Positions 27,548-36,309 of a stretch of 60,112 nt of DNA are shown here, piece by piece. Positions within the stretch are counted from its first letter, which is position 1; each line of letters opens with the position of its first letter. Under the pieces are notes generated by a model, which did no database searches, had not been told where the DNA came from, and saw only the letters and a list, made by a program, of their open reading frames with translations. The position numbers were made by a program, and so were the translations under genes. The stretch comes from a virus, in the IMG/VR virus record IMGVR_UViG_3300045988_096302; one strand, 5' to 3'.

Positions 27548-28117
27548 TTAACATGTATATAGTGATAAGGTAGCAGGGAATGAGAACATTTCAACTTCAT
27601 CTACAAGCTCATTAGAGAAGTCTAGAGGACATCCCACATCAAGCACTTTAGCATTGATAGGTAAGTACCAGTTATCTAATGAAGCTACATCCTGAGCGAA
27701 TGTCTTTCTCTGAATACCTTTTGGGGTTTTAACTTGATGAACCAACATATTTGATATTTGACAGTGCACTTCTTCTCTGTACTCAAGTTTACCCTCAGGA
27801 GTGTTCTCAATACATACCCTACCAGTAGGGGGAGACACAGATGAGTAATATACAGAGAATGTTACATAGAATCTAGGGAAGCACTTAGAAGCATTGTCAC
27901 AAGAAACATCTATTGCCAAGAATGGAAACTCAGCTCCTTGGTTAAGTTGGAAGTGCTCAGTAGTTCCTACGTGTTGGTTGAACTGCACATCAAAGTTATC
28001 ATAACGTTTTCTAGGGTCTAGCTCTTCAGGATGGTCAGGTTGAATGAAGTAATCTAGAACACCAGCTCCATACATCTGAAGCCATTTCTTAATGTTTATG
28101 TATATTGCACTATTCAT
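27548..28117 (-). CDS. head-tail/tail morphogenesis protein, function unknown
   Basis: ATGA-coupled ORF within the connector gene string. Confidence 0.4.
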   Translation of the reverse strand: MNSAIYINIKKWLQMYGAGVLDYFIQPDHPEELDPRKRYDNFDVQFNQHVGTTEHFQLNQGAEFPFLAIDVSCDNASKCFPRFYVTFSVYYSSVSPPTGRVCIENTPEGKLEYREEVHCQISNMLVHQVKTPKGIQRKTFAQDVASLDNWYLPINAKVLDVGCPLDFSNELVDEVEMFSFPATLSLYTC

Positions 28118-28584
28118 TTCTGTAGCCTCTTAGGAATCTTAACAGCCAATCTACTTTCAGCTCTTTCTCTATATGCAGTCACAGCAGACTTATCGCTCTG
28201 AGTTAAAATTGCTGTACCTGATCCCCGTCTACCTGAAGGGTGCTTAGCAGAGTACTGACCTACCCCACCTTTCACAAGTTCTCCTTCTCCTACATTTAGG
28301 AAACCTTCCATAAGGAAGTCAAATGGAGGATAATTAGGATAGCCTCTCTCAACATAAACTTTTGTATAGTATCTAACTTTACCTCGCTTAGTAGGAGGGA
28401 AGTCATTACGATCACTATACACCTCAAAGCCATCACTGACTTTTCTTATTTTAACTGAGTTTACCATTCTACCTGTTTGCTTAGAAGCAATAGCCTTAGC
28501 TTCCAAAGTACCAGTAAGAACAAAGTCGGTAAACTCTTCCACAAACTCAGTACCTTTCCAGTCATGAATATCAGTCGTGGTCAC
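28114..28584 (-). CDS. head-tail joining protein (possibly HK97 gp10-like)
   Basis: GTG start 6 nt after GGGGGTGA. The call rests on position and size only. Confidence 0.3.
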   Translation of the reverse strand: MTTTDIHDWKGTEFVEEFTDFVLTGTLEAKAIASKQTGRMVNSVKIRKVSDGFEVYSDRNDFPPTKRGKVRYYTKVYVERGYPNYPPFDFLMEGFLNVGEGELVKGGVGQYSAKHPSGRRGSGTAILTQSDKSAVTAYRERAESRLAVKIPKRLQK

Positions 28585-29071
28585 GTGTAATCACCCCCTG
28601 TAGTTGTTTAACATAAGGTGCACACTCAAGTACTTTCTGTTCACTCTCACGTGGAGACAGTCTTTCACCTGTCATTTTGATATCCCAGCACCCAGGCATG
28701 ATCTCATACGTGCGACATGCTACCACTTTCCAAAACATATATCCAGCATCCTCAGGACATTCCCAATAGTTACACTTGGTAGATATTCTTTGTAGAATAT
28801 AATAACCATGCTTAATATCAAAGTCACAAGAATGATGTTGGTTGTGTAGTGAAAAGTAGAATGTTTCTAATTGTCTAGAGCCTTCAAGGGTGTGAGTTGT
28901 AGTTGCATCACTCTCAGAACCTCTAGACGTAGGCATGTGATCTACACAGTATAGATGTTCGACCTCTTCCCACAAGCACTTCATGACCTGCCTAGAGTTC
29001 TCATCATAAGTAGGTGTTGCTGTACCTTGTCGTAACACAAGGATCTCTCTATTAGTTCTAGGTAAAGGCAT
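28571..29071 (-). CDS. head-tail connector region protein, function unknown
   Basis: RBS AGGAGG and co-directional packing. Confidence 0.4.
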   Translation of the reverse strand: MPLPRTNREILVLRQGTATPTYDENSRQVMKCLWEEVEHLYCVDHMPTSRGSESDATTTHTLEGSRQLETFYFSLHNQHHSCDFDIKHGYYILQRISTKCNYWECPEDAGYMFWKVVACRTYEIMPGCWDIKMTGERLSPRESEQKVLECAPYVKQLQGVITRDHD

Positions 29072-29081
29072 CTACTACCTC

Positions 29082-29468
29082 CTAGTTTTCAAGGTGATCT
29101 GAAATAGTATTAGGATCTCCATTCAACACAGGAGCTTCTTCTGTAGGTTTTGGCTCTTCAGGGATATGAAACTCAGTTTCTTCTACATTTCTTACATAGG
29201 TAGCTTCTGTGTTATCAGGTACTTCAGAGAAAGTATTTCTGATTACACCTTCTTTATCTGTGTATCTTAAGTTAGTTAGATACTTACCTAAGATATCATC
29301 AACAGGATAAGTTTTACCTTGTTCAAAGATGTAAAGTCTTCCACTGTAGTAAGTTCTATACACAGTTCTATAAGTTTCTACTCCACTAATTGAGCGACCA
29401 GTACCACACTTAGAGCATCCGTAAGAGCGACTTTCTCTTGCATATTCTCCATTGTATCTTACTTGCAT
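29082..29468 (-). CDS. head-tail connector region protein, function unknown
   Basis: RBS GGGAGAAG. Contains a CSKCG motif. Confidence 0.4.
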   Translation of the reverse strand: MQVRYNGEYARESRSYGCSKCGTGRSISGVETYRTVYRTYYSGRLYIFEQGKTYPVDDILGKYLTNLRYTDKEGVIRNTFSEVPDNTEATYVRNVEETEFHIPEEPKPTEEAPVLNGDPNTISDHLEN

Positions 29469-30247
29469 TCTTTTCTTCTCCCAATAGCTAAGTACATATT
29501 TTCTGTGTAAACTTTCTTACACAGGGATAGTGAACTAAGTGTCTTAAGTGCCCATGTATTGATAAGCTTCACATAGATTGTATCTAGGCTTGTCTTATCC
29601 ACAGTCCATTTACGAACAATGTAGTCTACTGATTTTTGCTCTAGGACAGCTCCTACAGCAAGTCTATCCATGTTAGCACACTCATCAAGTGTACCACATT
29701 TGTTTTGGTAGGCTACAAAGATGTTCATGAAGTGACACATTGCCTCAAAGATGCAATCAGGTAGGTTATTAGAAGTATAACCAGCTTCATAATCAAGAAT
29801 AATCTTGTACTCAGTCTCACAGGAGCAAGGATCACAGCATCTACAACATGGACTCATCTCTTCAGTTACATTGATTAGAATAGTTCCATCAACAAAAGAC
29901 CAGTTGTACTTATCAGGAGTAATTTCATACTCCTCACGCTCAAGACCTTTTCTCTTGTGCATATATACCTTAAGTGTTGAAGGGTCAAAACCTTTAAAGT
30001 AGTAAGGCTTGATCTCAACCATTGCATCACAGCCACAGATTTCAAAGTCTTTTACTTCAATCACTTCATGTCTTCTAGCTCTTAAGATAGTATCACATTC
30101 ACCATCAGTCCAACAGAACAGCCTAGCAAGGACACGGAGAAAGCTCTCCATGTACCGTTGCATAGTTGCTCCATCATCACAGTCAAAACAGCCACACCTA
30201 TCTTGAAGCTTCTGTGTAATCTTCATTAACTCCAATTCAGGTTGCAT
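29459..30247 (-). CDS. Cys-rich virion protein (about 19 Cys in 262 aa)
   Basis: RBS AAGGAG. Motifs are CGCFDCDD, EICGCD and SPCCRCCDPCSCE. It lies directly downstream of the capsid gene. Confidence 0.45.
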   Translation of the reverse strand: MQPELELMKITQKLQDRCGCFDCDDGATMQRYMESFLRVLARLFCWTDGECDTILRARRHEVIEVKDFEICGCDAMVEIKPYYFKGFDPSTLKVYMHKRKGLEREEYEITPDKYNWSFVDGTILINVTEEMSPCCRCCDPCSCETEYKIILDYEAGYTSNNLPDCIFEAMCHFMNIFVAYQNKCGTLDECANMDRLAVGAVLEQKSVDYIVRKWTVDKTSLDTIYVKLINTWALKTLSSLSLCKKVYTENMYLAIGRRKECK

Positions 30248-30258
30248 ATCTTAACTCC

Positions 30259-31446
30259 TTATTTTGCAGGGATAGTAGCCATAGGGAATGGATTGAGACC
30301 TGTAAGAAGACCTTGGATACGCTCGAATACAACAGCAGGACAAGTTTGATCCAATGGAATGTTGGCAATCAACAAGTGAGAGATAGGTGAGTTAGTATGT
30401 ACCAAACCGAAGTTTTCATACTTGTCACAGATCACTTCACATCCTGGTTTAGAAGTATCTTCTGTACGTTGTGTGTAGATAGAAGATTGTGGTACGAACA
30501 AGTCATATTGAGTCAAAGCTTCAACTCTAGACAAGTCAATCACATAAGCTTCACCAGTCATGGTCTTTTCAAGGTCATAAGGCAAGTGGTAAGATACACC
30601 GAATGGAATACCACGGAATGAGATAGACTCACCGTTTACAGACCATCCTTGAGGAAGTTTACCATCTTTACCAGGCACGATTTCAGATTTGATTCCACGA
30701 AGTGTAAGTGGATGCACATAAATCTTGTAACGTGCAGATTGGTTGTTCAATACATCTAGGTAGCAAGCTACTTGACGGAAAGCACCAATAATAGAACCTG
30801 AAGCATCAATAGGAGTAACCCCTGGGTGAGACATCATTTCAGCCACACCAGCGAATGGACGAAGACCTTGACCTTGGAAGTTCAACATACCTTGAACGAT
30901 ATGACGTTGAACGATAAAGGCAAATGTGTACCAAGCCATGAACTGTTCAGCTTCTTCATAAGACATACCCAAACGTTGGAAGATGTTGATAAGATCTCCT
31001 TGTTTGAAGTGCATTTTGTCTTTCATCAAGCGGTCAAGACGGGTTTCACAGTCTTTGAAACAGAGGTAACGTACAGGTGTAGCATCACCAGTTGCTTGCA
31101 TAGTGAATTTCTCAGTGAAACAGCAGGCATCTGAAGTATCATTAGCAAAGTCAGGAGCTTTAGTACCCCAAGTGATACCTTCCATGATCCAGTCACCATT
31201 TTTAGCTTGACGAAGTGCACCAAAAGATGATTGTTCAAAACGTTTAAGGATATCGTTTACCAACTCATCATCCATACCAACTTCACGAAGTGAAGGTTGA
31301 GCTTTAGACCAGTCACGTGAGATACCGAAAGGAATCTTACCATCTTCATTAGTGAAGTTTTCTTTGTTAGCTAGTTGAGCTTTAGTACGCTCATACAAGT
31401 TATCAATAGCTTCACCAAGCAAAATATCAAAATTTACTTTAGTCAA
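30259..31446 (-). CDS. putative major capsid protein, TTG start
   Basis: TTG at 31446 lies 7 nt after GGAGGA and 1 nt after the scaffold stop, and there is no in-frame ATG for another 56 codons. It follows the scaffold-like gene and uses CGT-type Arg codons. Confidence 0.55.
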   Translation of the reverse strand: MTKVNFDILLGEAIDNLYERTKAQLANKENFTNEDGKIPFGISRDWSKAQPSLREVGMDDELVNDILKRFEQSSFGALRQAKNGDWIMEGITWGTKAPDFANDTSDACCFTEKFTMQATGDATPVRYLCFKDCETRLDRLMKDKMHFKQGDLINIFQRLGMSYEEAEQFMAWYTFAFIVQRHIVQGMLNFQGQGLRPFAGVAEMMSHPGVTPIDASGSIIGAFRQVACYLDVLNNQSARYKIYVHPLTLRGIKSEIVPGKDGKLPQGWSVNGESISFRGIPFGVSYHLPYDLEKTMTGEAYVIDLSRVEALTQYDLFVPQSSIYTQRTEDTSKPGCEVICDKYENFGLVHTNSPISHLLIANIPLDQTCPAVVFERIQGLLTGLNPFPMATIPAK

Positions 31447-31447
31447 T

Positions 31448-32560
31448 TTATTGTCCTCCAAAACGAACACGTCCAAAACGGTTCTTAGGTTGTTCTTCTT
31501 CTACTTTAGAAGCTTTCTCTACCACAGGGTTTGCTTTGTCAAGCAACACAGCTAGTTTAGAAAGTTGTCCTTCTACAACACTTTCATTAGCTTCTTTTTC
31601 TGCAATAATAGCATCTTTAGTAGCAATTTCAGCTTTAAGAGCTTCATTTTCAGCAGTCAATGCCTCAATAGCTTCAATAGCTTGTGCCAATGCTTGAGAC
31701 TCTTCTGATTTAGCCTCTTCTTCTTTAGGCTCTTCAGTAGCTTCCTCTACCTTTTCTTCAGCTTCTTCAGCTTTAGGCTCTTCTTCAACCACAGGAGCTT
31801 CTTCAAGGACTTCATCCTCTTTAACTTCCTCAGGTTCTACTTGAGCAGAAAGGTGAGCAAGTACTTTTTCAAGAATTTCTTTATTCTTCAAGTGTTCTTC
31901 CTCATTTCTTACTAGTAAGGATGGATCATATCCACCACTCTTAGCATTACCAGGATTCCCTACAAAAGAGAAACCAGTAATCTCTACCTTATCTGTGATA
32001 GGTACATCAATATCACCACCATGTTCCACATTATAAGCAATGAGTTTTGCATATTCTTCAATATCATCATCCCCAATATCTTTGTGATACCACAGGAACT
32101 CAGATGAGATTGCAAAAGGCTCATCTTGAAGAATAATATCCTTAACATTGCTTAGTTGTGTATTGACATGAGGTTTAACCAGTAGATCATATCTACCATT
32201 GTCATCCTGAACCAATTTAAGGTCACTCTTTCTGAAATAACCTTCTCTAACAGGATAACTATTGAGATCTCTGTGACCAGTTGATACATAACCTTCAAAA
32301 GTTTCATCAATGCTATCATACCAGTTCTTGAGTGTACCCTTACACAAGTAAAGTCTAATAGTACCATCCTGATAGAGCACAGAACCTTCAGATAACAAGG
32401 TCATGTAACCTTCACTGTTTTCAACCTTATTCACAGATAGGCACTCTTTTTCAGTGCTTTCTTGGGATAAGTTCAAGATGTTATCAAGGCTATCTTTTCT
32501 TTCAAGGTAGTCATTGATCTCATTCATGATCTTTCCTGCAATCTGTGTCTTGATGTGCAT
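31448..32560 (-). CDS. scaffolding protein, possibly fused to a prohead protease-like N-domain
   Basis: The C-terminal half is a Glu/Lys/Ala-rich coiled coil (EEPKAEEAEEKVEEATEEPKEEEAKSEE...ALKAEIATKDAIIAEKE). It lies directly upstream of the capsid gene. Confidence 0.5.
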   Translation of the reverse strand: MHIKTQIAGKIMNEINDYLERKDSLDNILNLSQESTEKECLSVNKVENSEGYMTLLSEGSVLYQDGTIRLYLCKGTLKNWYDSIDETFEGYVSTGHRDLNSYPVREGYFRKSDLKLVQDDNGRYDLLVKPHVNTQLSNVKDIILQDEPFAISSEFLWYHKDIGDDDIEEYAKLIAYNVEHGGDIDVPITDKVEITGFSFVGNPGNAKSGGYDPSLLVRNEEEHLKNKEILEKVLAHLSAQVEPEEVKEDEVLEEAPVVEEEPKAEEAEEKVEEATEEPKEEEAKSEESQALAQAIEAIEALTAENEALKAEIATKDAIIAEKEANESVVEGQLSKLAVLLDKANPVVEKASKVEEEQPKNRFGRVRFGGQ

Positions 32561-32886
32561 TATTCAATAACCTCAAACAAATTATATTTAAGTTTTCTTA
32601 CTTTCTTACCACCACATGAGGCACAGTAGGCATACTCATACTCAACATTGTCTTGTTTGAGTCCTGCCTCAGTCTCAGGTGAATAAGGTAGCTGTTCTGT
32701 TTGCTCCTTTAGACTAGCCAAGAGAACTTCATCAGTAGTTTCATACCAACCTTCGCTCTCTTGGTTGTCACCAGGATAAAATTCAAAGAACTTTCGTGAG
32801 TTTTGGATAATACCTTTATCATTCAAGAAACTTACTCTAGCAACTAGGTCACGCTTCAGGAACCTTGATACTCTAAATTTACTCAC
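32560..32886 (-). CDS. hypothetical protein (108 aa) with C-terminal CxxC
   Basis: GTG start overlaps the upstream TAG. Contains a CASCGGKK motif. Confidence 0.4.
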   Translation of the reverse strand: MSKFRVSRFLKRDLVARVSFLNDKGIIQNSRKFFEFYPGDNQESEGWYETTDEVLLASLKEQTEQLPYSPETEAGLKQDNVEYEYAYCASCGGKKVRKLKYNLFEVIE

Positions 32887-33059
32887 TACTTGTCTACCTT
32901 CTTCTTTGTTTGTTTATTAGGCTTCTCAGCCTCCACAGCTTTAACAGTTGTGCCCTCAGTGATAGAAGAAATAACTTCAGACTCTCTACCAAACTGTATT
33001 GCACGTACTTCACGCAAGTACTCTTGGTAGGTTTGTCCTACGGTTTTTACTTCTGTCAT
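32886..33059 (-). CDS. hypothetical protein (57 aa; below the ORF-track cutoff)
   Basis: The ATG at 33059 overlaps the upstream TAA (TAATG). Translation is MTEVKTVGQTYQEYLREV...KKKVDK, and the TAG stop overlaps the next start. Confidence 0.4.
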   Translation of the reverse strand: MTEVKTVGQTYQEYLREVRAIQFGRESEVISSITEGTTVKAVEAEKPNKQTKKKVDK

Positions 33060-33343
33060 TATTTATCTCCTGCATAAGTGATAGGGAATCCATAACAGTC
33101 AACTTCAGTGTCTTTAAGTGGAACTTCTTCAAGCTCATAGTTAAATTCATACTTATCACCACAGCAATAAGTGAATGACTTGAACTTGTTTTCATCAACA
33201 TCATAGTATTGAATCTGTTCATGCCCTACAACTACTCGTCTTACTTGAGCTAAGATTGTTTCAGCAAGAGGTGACTTGAAAGTTTTAGTTTCCCCTGCAA
33301 CTTCAATCTTGAGGTTCATTTTAGGAACTTTAATAGTAGCCAT
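33059..33343 (-). CDS. hypothetical protein (94 aa)
   Basis: RBS AGGAAGGAG. It is the first gene after an internal consensus promoter. Confidence 0.5.
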   Translation of the reverse strand: MATIKVPKMNLKIEVAGETKTFKSPLAETILAQVRRVVVGHEQIQYYDVDENKFKSFTYCCGDKYEFNYELEEVPLKDTEVDCYGFPITYAGDK

Positions 33344-33377
33344 TAAACGTGCTCCTTCCTTGCATAATTATATTCAC

Positions 33378-33405
33378 ATTATAACAAAAAGAGGTAGGGA
33401 GTCAA
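33378..33405 (-). promoter_or_regulatory. near-consensus sigma-70-type promoter inside the late arm
   Basis: On the - strand: TTGACT, 16 nt, then TGtTATAAT (extended -10). The -35 lies in the loop of the preceding terminator hairpin. Confidence 0.6.
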
Positions 33406-33412
33406 CCCTACC
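33386..33412 (-). terminator. rho-independent terminator after gene 33422..33994
   Basis: On the - strand: GGTAGGG-ttgact-CCCTACC followed by TCTTTTTGTT. Confidence 0.7.
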
Positions 33413-33421
33413 ACAACTAAA

Positions 33422-33994
33422 TTAAAACTTGATAGTATCAATAACCTTGGCTGTACCATGCTCAAGCTTGTAATGGTTAATCAAGTCCATGATAGCTTCC
33501 ATCTCAAATGGATCGAATGTAGCATCAAAGTCATTGATGAACTCATCTTCCTTGATGTGTACAGTACCACGAACCTCAGGCTTACCACCTTTACCTTTAC
33601 CAATCACAAAGCCTACAATGTAGTTTGCATAGATGTGACCAGTAGATTGTTCCATAAGAGCACGTTGGTCAACCACAAAGGTGTAAACCTTTTCAGTCTT
33701 ACCATCACCTAAATCTTGGTCAGATACTTTCACACGATTGTCAAAAGCGATTTCAACATTCACAGCATATGATGTACGTGGGGTACGAAGCATATTACCT
33801 GATACCCCAATAGTAGGGATCTTTTGTGCTACGTTTTCTGTACCACCATTGATAAGCACTTCTGCATCAAGGTCAGTCAAGTCTGCATATTTACGTAGTG
33901 TGTACACAGGTTTGCCATTGCGTACATACTCAGGCATAATTTCTTTACGCTTAGTATCTAAGAATCCAAGTACATCACCAAGTACTTCAGTCAT
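33422..33994 (-). CDS. hypothetical, probably abundant protein (190 aa)
   Basis: RBS GGAGGA, CGT-type Arg codons, and its own terminator. Confidence 0.5.
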   Translation of the reverse strand: MTEVLGDVLGFLDTKRKEIMPEYVRNGKPVYTLRKYADLTDLDAEVLINGGTENVAQKIPTIGVSGNMLRTPRTSYAVNVEIAFDNRVKVSDQDLGDGKTEKVYTFVVDQRALMEQSTGHIYANYIVGFVIGKGKGGKPEVRGTVHIKEDEFINDFDATFDPFEMEAIMDLINHYKLEHGTAKVIDTIKF

Positions 33995-34328
33995 TTAATC
34001 TTCCTCCATGCCTGTACATGTCCTTAAGGGAATTTGTACTAGGCTTATCTTTAGCTTCAATAGCCTTTTGTTGTTTCTCAGGTGTTAGAAGTTCATAAGC
34101 ATAAGGCTCAGGAACTCCCCAATCAGTAACATACTTACCTTTTGACTCTTCATCAAGGTTAAGATAGTCATTGTAGCTCTTGAAAGCATTATTGTTGACC
34201 ATCTTGGCATAATAAACAGTCACATCAGGGTAGTACATCTGATCTGCTACATACTGGTAGTCCATCCTGTACTCTTTAACCACAGCAAGGACTTTTTCCT
34301 CTATGTCATCAAGATTGATAGCTACCAT
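33987..34328 (-). CDS. hypothetical protein (113 aa)
   Basis: Co-directional ORF. The RBS is weak (GAGGA only 1 nt from the ATG). Confidence 0.4.
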   Translation of the reverse strand: MVAINLDDIEEKVLAVVKEYRMDYQYVADQMYYPDVTVYYAKMVNNNAFKSYNDYLNLDEESKGKYVTDWGVPEPYAYELLTPEKQQKAIEAKDKPSTNSLKDMYRHGGRLND

Positions 34329-34410
34329 GTCCTCATAAGCTAGTCCACGGTAGTCATCTTTCTCTTTTATCTTTCCATTAACCCAAGCCCAGTTATATCG
34401 TACTAGATAA

Positions 34411-34956
34411 CTAACCAGCTTGAAAAAATGAAGGGTTATTCTGAATAATCTTTGTACAAGTGTCCATCAGTGAAGTATCAGTGATGTATTGCATCAAGTG
34501 GTCAGGAATACCTAACACAGTACCCACAAGCTTCTCACAAGCATCAATAACATCATCATCAAAGACTTCATAGACTTTAAGCAGATCATCCACAGTGTAT
34601 ATCTCTGAGTCTCCATCCTCTTTGAAGTTCGTAAATGCTAGAGTGATTGTAGAAGCATAGTTACGTACTTTACGTGCAATACGTGCAGTGATAAACTTCT
34701 GATCTGCATTGATAAGCTGTTTGTAAGCAGTACCACCCATAACACGCTCAGCAGTTGTAGGTGTTTCACTTGTCACAGGAAGCCATAACTCCACTGTGTA
34801 GTTCTTAGGCTCAATAGATTGAACCTTAGATGGATCACCATTCACAATGCTAGTAGTTGGTGTTTCAATAGCCACAGGTGCGTCTGATTTAGTTGCATCA
34901 ATGACTTTCTCCTGCATCTTAGCAAGCTCTTCAATCGTCATAATTTTGTCTGACAT
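34411..34956 (-). CDS. hypothetical protein (181 aa)
   Basis: RBS GGAG. It lies directly downstream of the portal-position gene. Confidence 0.45.
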   Translation of the reverse strand: MSDKIMTIEELAKMQEKVIDATKSDAPVAIETPTTSIVNGDPSKVQSIEPKNYTVELWLPVTSETPTTAERVMGGTAYKQLINADQKFITARIARKVRNYASTITLAFTNFKEDGDSEIYTVDDLLKVYEVFDDDVIDACEKLVGTVLGIPDHLMQYITDTSLMDTCTKIIQNNPSFFQAG

Positions 34957-34965
34957 TTTATACTC

Positions 34966-36309
34966 CTACACAATTAAGTTTTTGGCTAGATAAGCATCAG
35001 CCATTCGTTTGTCAATATTCTTCAAGCGTTCATACACATCAAGGATGTAAATGTCATTATTGTAGTTGTAGCTATTAGCAAACTCATAACTATCAAACTT
35101 GATATGCTCTTTCAATCCTGTAGATTTTTGAAGCAAGTGTACAATCTGTCCTAAGAAATGATCTCGCATTGGAATGATTGTGTTCTTCATAGCGTTGTCA
35201 ATAATGCTGTAAGTACCAATGTTTGATACTGTTTTATTCAAGTCAAACAATCTAGCTGGTACTCCAAACATCTGACAGATAATAGCTGGAACATACTGTG
35301 ATAAGTAGTCCAGGAAGTCAGTTGCTTTAGTATCACGCTCTAGTTGCTCAAGGTTTTGGAAGTTCCCTGAATATACAATAGCATCATTGAACTCAGTCTC
35401 AGAAAGTTTCTCAGCAAAAGCATTCATATCCTCAACAATCTTCTGAGTACGTTCTGCCTTAGCAGTTCTACCCATGTCAAGTAGCTCTCCGCTAGAGAAA
35501 GCAGAACCTTGCTCTACACTTTCCTCAATCTGTTCTTCCAAGGTATCTTTAGCTTGTAAAGCGATAGTACCAATACCATTTCTTGAAATATCATAGTTCA
35601 TACGGTTAAGGATATTCAGAATAAGCTCTACACGCTTTCTATCCTTAAGCAAAGGACTCATACAGAATACCTGTGATGTATCTAGTCTGACACAAGCAAA
35701 CTCATCACTAGTCACAACCATGACATCATTCTTGTACTTCTCAGGATCTTTAAGGATTTCTTTGATGTCATCCTCTGAGTAGTCAGATGCTACTCTAGGG
35801 TTCCCTGTTTTCTGTACATAGGGTGTTCTGTAGTAGTCACCTTTCTTGATAAGATAAGTCAAGTTCTGTCTTAACACAGGCATCTTAGGGTAGTCAATCA
35901 CACAAGCGAGAATATCCTTGGGATGAATACCTACAAGACCTTCTTTTGTGTTTAGGATACCATAGTAACCATATTTTCTATATCCTTTAGCTACCTGCTT
36001 TAATACATCATAGTTTCGTTGTCCATTGAAATTATGACCATAAAGGAATTTTTTCAACTTCTCATCCTTACTGAAGTCCTCAGTAGTAAGGGAGTTAGTG
36101 AACATGTAATTAACAATGTTATCTAGGATGTAATCAACATCAGGAAGATCAAGAGCCAGTTGCTCAATCTCTTCTAGATTTTCATTGATAGATGTTCCTC
36201 TGAATCCTGTACTTGAATAGATCAATCTGTCCTTGTAGTCAGCAAGGAAGTGCCTATCCATTGCACATTGACCACCACAGTCATCTTTCTTACACTTTCC
36301 ACAAGTCAT
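34966..36309 (-). CDS. putative portal protein
   Basis: 447-aa ORF start-stop coupled (TAATG) to the large terminase. The call rests on position and size only. Confidence 0.55.
   Translation of the reverse strand: MTCGKCKKDDCGGQCAMDRHFLADYKDRLIYSSTGFRGTSINENLEEIEQLALDLPDVDYILDNIVNYMFTNSLTTEDFSKDEKLKKFLYGHNFNGQRNYDVLKQVAKGYRKYGYYGILNTKEGLVGIHPKDILACVIDYPKMPVLRQNLTYLIKKGDYYRTPYVQKTGNPRVASDYSEDDIKEILKDPEKYKNDVMVVTSDEFACVRLDTSQVFCMSPLLKDRKRVELILNILNRMNYDISRNGIGTIALQAKDTLEEQIEESVEQGSAFSSGELLDMGRTAKAERTQKIVEDMNAFAEKLSETEFNDAIVYSGNFQNLEQLERDTKATDFLDYLSQYVPAIICQMFGVPARLFDLNKTVSNIGTYSIIDNAMKNTIIPMRDHFLGQIVHLLQKSTGLKEHIKFDSYEFANSYNYNNDIYILDVYERLKNIDKRMADAYLAKNLIV

Noticed and set aside
33010-33222. 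A 70-aa ORF overlapping 33059..33343 in another frame, and likewise 38584..38808 inside 38576..38941.
   Set aside because: They are same-strand alternative frames fully nested in better-supported genes and have no RBS.
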